DNA from: the human T2T-CHM13v2.0 reference genome, Homo sapiens
Assembly: GCF_009914755.1 (NCBI RefSeq)
Contig: NC_060931.1
DNA length: 64,000 nt
Reading direction: 5' to 3' (one strand)
In this document: positions 57,701-64,000 of the stretch, piece by piece
Numbering within the stretch: the stretch's first letter is position 1
Layout: every line of letters begins with the position of its first letter
Translations under genes and position numbers: made by a program
The notes under the pieces: model-generated
Seen by the model: the letters and a program-made list of their open reading frames with translations, nothing else
The model's database searches: none
Told to the model about the DNA's origin: nothing

Positions 57701-60004
57701 TTATGGGGAGGAGACATTAAGGATGGGATAGAGCAGAGGACTATAATTTTCCTATAAGTTTATGGTATTAATTAACTTTTAAAAATTATGTACATGTATT
57801 ACTTTGAAAAGGAATTAAATTTAAATTTCAAAAATAACTTCCCCAAAGCCATATAGCCAGTAAGTGGTGAGGCAGCCATCTGAATGTGGGCAACCTAATT
57901 CCAGTGCCCATGCTTTCAGCCAATATACACCTCTCCTTGTGTTGATAATACACAAAAATAATGGCCCCTATTCAGGATCAGGCATTGGTGGTAACTGCAT
58001 AAAGGTGGCATGAACAAGTCTTCCTTATTCTCTAAGAATATCAGGTGCCAGTCAAGAGACAGGCAGACAGCAGGACAATGGTTGGAAAGACTGGTTGCTG
58101 AAAATGTTATCAGAGGAACTTTTGAGTGAGAAACATTAAAATTTTGTATTTCGAACAGTTTAAAGGGTTCAAGCCAACAGTTTGTTTTCAGGGAAACATT
58201 TAAAGGCTCAGTTGGTCAAATATGAGCCCAAGAAATAAAGTAAATAAGTAAAAAATAAAGAGGTTCAGGTGATATGATTTGATTGGCTAGAAGAACACAA
58301 AACACTTCATGGAAGGGTGGAGTCTACAGTGATTTCTCTAACCCTGCTAGTCAAAGGAGATTTTAGATCCTGACATTTGACAAGTCAGATAAATTCAATA
58401 CTGTCTCAATCAAGAACTGTGCTTCCCATCTCTCCACTATTACCTACTCATTCACAATTTCTGTTGGTGGCCAAGATGCTAGCTGTGGCATGGGGCTTGG
58501 GAGGATGGAGTTGACAGCTCCTTTTAGGCAGTACCAAAAAAGCTTTTGTTGCAAGGTGATCCACAAAGATCACTCCCATATCACTAACATAAGCAGAATG
58601 ATTACCATTTCCACCTGCCATGCACACATCCTCTGGGTGCCCCACAGAGGCCTGTTTCCCTGAAAGTTTTATGTGATGCTGCTGGGAGGTGGGGAGGAAA
58701 AGGGCAAAGAAAATGAAATTAACATGAGGAGTGGATTCAAAGACTCCATCTCTAAGTGTTCATAAGTAAAATCCTTTAAAAGATTTTCAGTATTTAGAGA
58801 AAAAGAACAATGTCAACTTTTTGAATACATTTATGTCAAATAATAGGATTTGGAATGCCTCTGCCTGGTGCCTAGAAATTTAACTGTAGAAAAACGAAGC
58901 CTTCAGTTTAAATGCTTAATTGTGCTTTTTTATAGCCACCATAAGAGTTTTATAAATTAACTTATTTTTGTCCTTTGAAGGGAATGTTTAAAAATATCTA
59001 GGAGAGAGCCCATCTCAACAGGCTAACATATTGGCATGGATTAAGTGACAAGCAGAGAGAAAAATAAAAAGCAACTGACAAAAAGACACAACACGATACT
59101 GGATAGGGCAGGATTTTTTTCACTTAATATATCTTAGAAATCTCTGCATGTCAAGACACAAAGGTCTACCATGTTCTTTTAATGGCTACATGGTGTTCCA
59201 TTTTACGTGTGCATCAACTTATTTAACCAATCCCTTACTGACGAACATTCAAGTTTCTTCCAACAATCTCAGTTATAAACACAGTAGCAATTAAAATCCT
59301 TACACACGTATTTTTTGTTCACTTTCCTAATTACAGCTTTAGGTTAAATCTACTTGGAGATTTACAACACTCTAGGGACTCTCTTTCAAGGAAGCAAAAG
59401 GTAAAGTTCTCCCCTGCTACGATTAAAGGACTGAAACAAATTCTGACTGCTGAGTCTACTGGTTCCACCAAACTGAACAACGAAGAATCCCTATTTTGGC
59501 TAATAAGAAATGCTAATTATTATTTCTTTCAGAGATGGCTCCTGGCTTACTAGGGTTAAGTGTGCAAACATAAAAAAGATCTGTAATTATCCTTTAAAAG
59601 CACACGTGAGTTCTGTAGATTTGGGCTCACAAAGGCGGAGCACTGGGAGACTGGTGTGGATTTTTGCCACTCAGATAAAGTATGAAGAAGCTTTTTTGCC
59701 CCTGGACTGAGCTGTAGTTCTTTCTCTGATCTATCTTGGCCTTTTCTGAACTCCCCGCTACTGAACTATGCAAATAAAAGGAAGCTACAAGGACCCATTG
59801 GAGAGAGAGGAACGAAGAGAAGGCCTGTTTTAAATACAAAAAGTTCTCTGTTTACAAACTTTCAATAAGACAAAACTTTGTGTGCTACCAGTCACTGGTG
59901 TTAGTGGTCAACTGCACAGTGTCATTCTGGACCTAAGCACAGAGATGAAGAATACTTCATATCGATCTTAAACAAACTGTTCCGGAAAACAGAATAGATA
60001 ATAA

Positions 60005-60479
60005 TGTAACCACAGCAGTCTGGTTCAACTTTTATGTAACAAAGTTGTGAGTTGTTTTTCATTTGCCATGGATCCACAGGTTAAAGGTCACATAACCTGA
60101 GCATGCCCAGATGAACCAGGTATGTAACAACAGGCAGAACCTAAGTGCCTGGATTGAGGCGAGTGAATGGAATTTAGAAATGGATACCACATGGCAGGAT
60201 CCAGGATCCAATCAGATCGAGCTGTGGCATCACTGCATGGCAGGATCCAGTCAGATCATGCCTCTGATATCAATTCGTTGCAAGATCCAATCAGATCATG
60301 CCTCATTACCCTATGCTTATAAAACCTGACCCAGCCCTTTGCTCAGAGACACTGCTTTGGGAACTATCTCCAGTGTTCTCCTTACTTGTTACAAGTAATA
60401 CAATCCCCTTGCTAAATCCTTGTCTGTGGTCATTGGGTTGGTACCTGTCAAGTGACCAAACCCACTCGTGTGGGTAACA
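60005..60479 (+). mobile_element. ERV solo LTR (LTR47-like; family name tentative) inserted in an L1 ORF2 remnant (~59940-61540)
   Basis: TGTAAC...TAACA termini, three GATCCA(A/G)TCAGATC repeats, TATAAAA box and AATACA poly(A)-like signal. Flanks rejoin as L1 ORF2-like sequence. Confidence 0.75.
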
Positions 60480-60840
60480 ACAAGAAGAAGATATTTTATG
60501 AGCCTGGTGTAACCTTGTACTCAAATCAGATAAGGATTTTATAAAAAGGGAAATTATATGCCATTTTTCACCTATGAACATAGATATAAAAATACTAACT
60601 ATAGTACTTACAAACTGAATCCAATATTAAAAAGCATATCATATCAAGCACATGAGCAAATGGAGTTTATATCATAAATAAAAGGGTAGTTTAATATTAC
60701 AAAATATATTAATATAACTTGTCCCATTAGTAGATTAAGGAACAAAAAGCATATGAGTGTCTTAATAGATACAGAAAGAACATTTGATATAATTCAATAT
60801 TCATTACAAAACTTAAACATGATAAAGTGTTTCTATTAAT

Positions 60841-61150
60841 TTTTTTTTTTCTTTACAGACAGGGTCGTACCCTGTTGCCCACCCTGGAGTGCAATGATGT
60901 GATCATAGCTCACTGCAGCTTCAAACTCCTGGGCTCAAGTGATCCTTTTGCCTCAGCCTCCTGTGTATCTGGGACTGCAGGCATGTGCCACCATGCCCAG
61001 CTAATTTTTAATTTTTTTTTGTAGAGATGGGGTCTCACTATGTTGCCCAGGCTGGCCTTGAACTCCTGGGCTCAAGTGATCCTCTCATCTCAGCCTCCTG
61101 AGTAGCTGAGACTACAGGCCTGGGACTACAGGTGTGCACCACCACACCCA
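60841..61150 (-). mobile_element. AluJ
   Basis: Diverged reverse dimer. Confidence 0.85.
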
Positions 61151-61679
61151 TTACAGAGTGTTATACCATGTTCATGGATAAAAATGACTTACACGTTTAA
61201 AGATGTCAGTTGTTCCTGAAGTAAATATAAATTCAATGTATATCCAGTAAATATAAAGCAGATTTTTGGTTTCTGTAACTAAAATTCTTATGAAAGAGTG
61301 ATGTTAAAATTCACTTAAAAACATGAAGGGACAAGAACAGACAAGGAAAATTTGAAGAACTCTCTGGGAACAGGGCTTCCCTACTAGATACCAAGACAGA
61401 CTAAAGTTACAATGGTTAAGACAACAGGATATTAGAGAAGCCAATGGAATAGAAGAGCACAGAACAAACCTACGCAATTTGATTACATAAAAATTAAATT
61501 TTTAATTTTTTAAATTAAAAATTAAACAACAACAAAAACAACTTCCATTTAACAAGACAGGACAAATAGTGTCTTTGGGAAAAGCCTTTGTGAACCTACC
61601 TTATTTAAAAATAAAGCTGCTTCTAAACTAATAACATTTAGGTCAAGCTACTCAATAGTAGAAATGATTATACAGAAGT

Positions 61680-61875
61680 AGTATAGCTTGGTGGTTGAAA
61701 TACAGATGCTGGCATCAGACTTACTGGGTGTGTGTCCTGGTTCTGTTACCTAATTGTTGTGTGACTCTGATGAGCAAGTTATTCTGCTTCAGTTTCCCTA
61801 TTTGTCAAATGGAGACAAATACTGTGGCATTGTGGGGATTAAATCAATTAACAACTGTAAAGTGCCCTGGTATAA
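61680..61875 (+). mobile_element. MIR
   Basis: GCTTCAGTTTCCCTATTTGTCAAATGGAG...GGGGATTAAAT core. Confidence 0.7.
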
Positions 61876-62497
61876 TGATGATGTATTTGTTATCAGGGTT
61901 CGAGTGTCATTAAGGATTGTTACTGTTATCATTGCATCACTACTGTTACCTTACGTTTACATAACACTTTACAAATTTTCAACCATTTTTCATCTCTGCC
62001 ATCTCATTCTACCATCAGAGCACCTACATGGATACAGAGATAGAAGGTTCCAGCTTACAGTAACCATGAGCCTGGTTTTTCAACTATAAAATGAGAGGAT
62101 AATCACCAAGGCTCCTTTTGGCTCTAAAAACTCATTTCTATTTTACAAGAAAGAAATTTGAGGCAAAGAGATATTAACTGACTTGCCTTAGGTCATAGAC
62201 AAGTTACTAGCAGTTAGGATTAAAACCTAGGTATCCCAGATTAATTTGCATTTCAAAGATATAATAATAATAATTTCCCCAGACTCTCCCTGTATCTAAA
62301 TTTCTTCTTGGAATTGTAAGCAGATACTTAGGAAGGTAATTCACTTGGGGACCATTTAGAATATTACAGATACATTCCAATGACTAGAAGCACCTAACTC
62401 ATTACTAGGGAGAGAGGGAGTGGAGATATATATCTTTTGTGAACAACATTAACACAGGTAATGGTAATACCAGTAATAATAAAGGAGAAAGAATTAC

Positions 62498-62619
62498 CTG
62501 GGCAAGCAGACCTGGTTGGATCTGAAGAGGCTGAGCTCCTGGGGCTTGAGTGACGATGGGAACTGCATTTTCCATTCGCACCGAGTAGCCAGCGTGCTTA
62601 GAGGGAGAGGCCTGCAAGC
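62498..62619 (-). CDS. HIPK2: HIPK2 coding exon 9 (122 nt; [10 protein letters not shown]...QPGLLAQ)
   Basis: Acceptor aacAG|GC with a CTAAC branch-point consensus at 62649-62653, donor CAG|GTAATT. Phase 1 to 0. Matches the HIPK2 homeoprotein-interaction region. Confidence 0.97.
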
Positions 62620-63581
62620 CTGTTCCAGACAGTGTGAGGGAGAGAAGGGTTAGCTGAGACGCTGTGAACAGCTGGATGAAAAGAACCTTCCTGGGCAGTT
62701 ATGTCAACTTTCTGCTTCCCTTTGCACTGGTCACTGACAACAACCAGGTATTGCCTGGTCCTTGGAAGTCTCCCCTTTGGCTTCTAACAAATTAAAAAAC
62801 AAAACTCCTCCTGAAATCTTGAATGTCTTCAAAGGCTAGAAGGTCAGATTAAGGAGGCTGTAAGGCCAAAAGTAGGACAGATATGCTCGCAGATTACAAC
62901 AGGAAAACAAGGGCTTCTGACCATCAAGATGTACCTGTGTATGTCAAAATGAGGGGTGTTGGGGAGATGTATGAACCCATTTGGAATTGCATTGACTGTA
63001 ACCACACAGTTTACACCATGAGGCTTGCAAAAATAAATTCTTAAGCTTTCTGGGTAAATTGTAACAAAGTACACAGTCTAGCTTCTTAGAGTCTACAGGA
63101 GAGGAGTGCTGGGGTCATGGCCAAAGAATTGTTTTGAGGAGGGGTCCCAGGGAAGTACTTTTCAGACTGATGGATATTCTTCATGGGAGCTGGGACTATG
63201 TCGGCTGTCAGAGATTGGCAGTTTTCTACAGATAACCCACACAGAGGATATTTCATGCGAGGAAAAGCAAGAGCTGACATCAGCATAACAATGAAAGCAC
63301 AAACTATGTACTTATTTACAGACAGCTGGCCAGGGACACAGTCCCTGGCAGGTGTGAGAGTCACAAAGGATTGACTTGGTGCTGAGGCATAAGCCCTATT
63401 GTTTCTAGGTTGGCCACAGTAGGAGAGGAGCCCTCTAGTTCAGTGATACCAGCGCTCTCACTGGAAGAAATGAGGAGGGCCTTTCTCCATGAAAATGAGC
63501 GTGACAGAAAACTGCAGGTGCCGGAGCCCCAGAGGCCGTTCTGTAAGAAGCAGGTGAGAGGCTGTGGCTGCTCAATCTTAC

Positions 63582-63789
63582 CTTGGAAGCCGGGGGGACA
63601 CACGATGAGAGCTTGCTGGAACGGGTCAGGCCGGGCACAAATCTGGGCTGTTCCTGTCTGCAGGGGCATGCTCCGCTGGGCCACTGCAGCCATGGATGCC
63701 GCTGAGGGCTGGTAGAGTGTAGATGGGTAGTTTAGTATGGAGACTTCGGGATTGGCTAAGGAAATAGTGGCACTGGTAGAGGAGGGAGC
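63582..63789 (-). CDS. HIPK2: HIPK2 coding exon 8 (208 nt; [16 protein letters not shown]...IVCPPGFQ-G)
   Basis: Acceptor cctttAG|GCT at 63791/63790 and donor CAAG|GTAAGA at 63581. Translation matches HIPK2 residues ~595-664. Phase 0 to 1. Confidence 0.97.
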
Positions 63790-64000
63790 CTAAAGGAGTG
63801 ATGGGGATTAAACAAAAATAAACAAAAATAAAAAATGAGGGAGGTGGCATGTTGGGAGACACGAATCTAAATCAAATAAATGAACTCAAAGAAGAACAAA
63901 CAAACAAAAACTAAGAGCAGAAAGGCAAAAGCAGAGAGGAGTGGAAACACGATTGAAAGTCGCAGGGAAAAGCAGGTCCCTGAAAACATGGGAGACAGTC

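Noticed and set aside
63790-64000. circHIPK2 and the kinase domain
   Set aside because: Both derive from upstream exons that lie outside this window.

Overview
This is primate (almost certainly human) genomic DNA containing the 3' part of HIPK2 (homeodomain-interacting protein kinase 2) on the minus strand. Eight coding exons, conventionally exons 8-15 (63789 down to the TAA stop at 22224-22226), all have canonical AG/GT boundaries and matching phases. They join into one 604-aa open frame ending ...KVNQYPYI, equal to residues ~595-1198 of the canonical protein. The kinase-domain exons lie beyond the right edge. The terminal exon continues as an ~11.3 kb Alu-free 3'UTR to an ATTAAA signal at 10886-10891. 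Positions 1-10860 are repeat-rich sequence downstream of the gene, with a full THE1 (MaLR) element, old L1s, Alus and MER2. The introns carry many Alus (two nested sets), MIRs, L1 fragments, Tigger4/MER5 DNA transposons and three solo LTRs. Almost all other ORFs in the track are repeat-derived or chance. I see no new self-contained biological system. The most interesting signals concern isoform and RNA control of HIPK2: an internal 81-nt alternative acceptor in exon 8, intron-13 read-through with tandem poly(A) signals and an LxxLL tail, a NAGNAG acceptor, skippable symmetric exons, G-quadruplex runs right after the stop, antisense LTR promoters and inverted Alu pairs. Exon coordinates were read base by base. 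Repeat names and boundaries come from recalled consensus sequences and are approximate.
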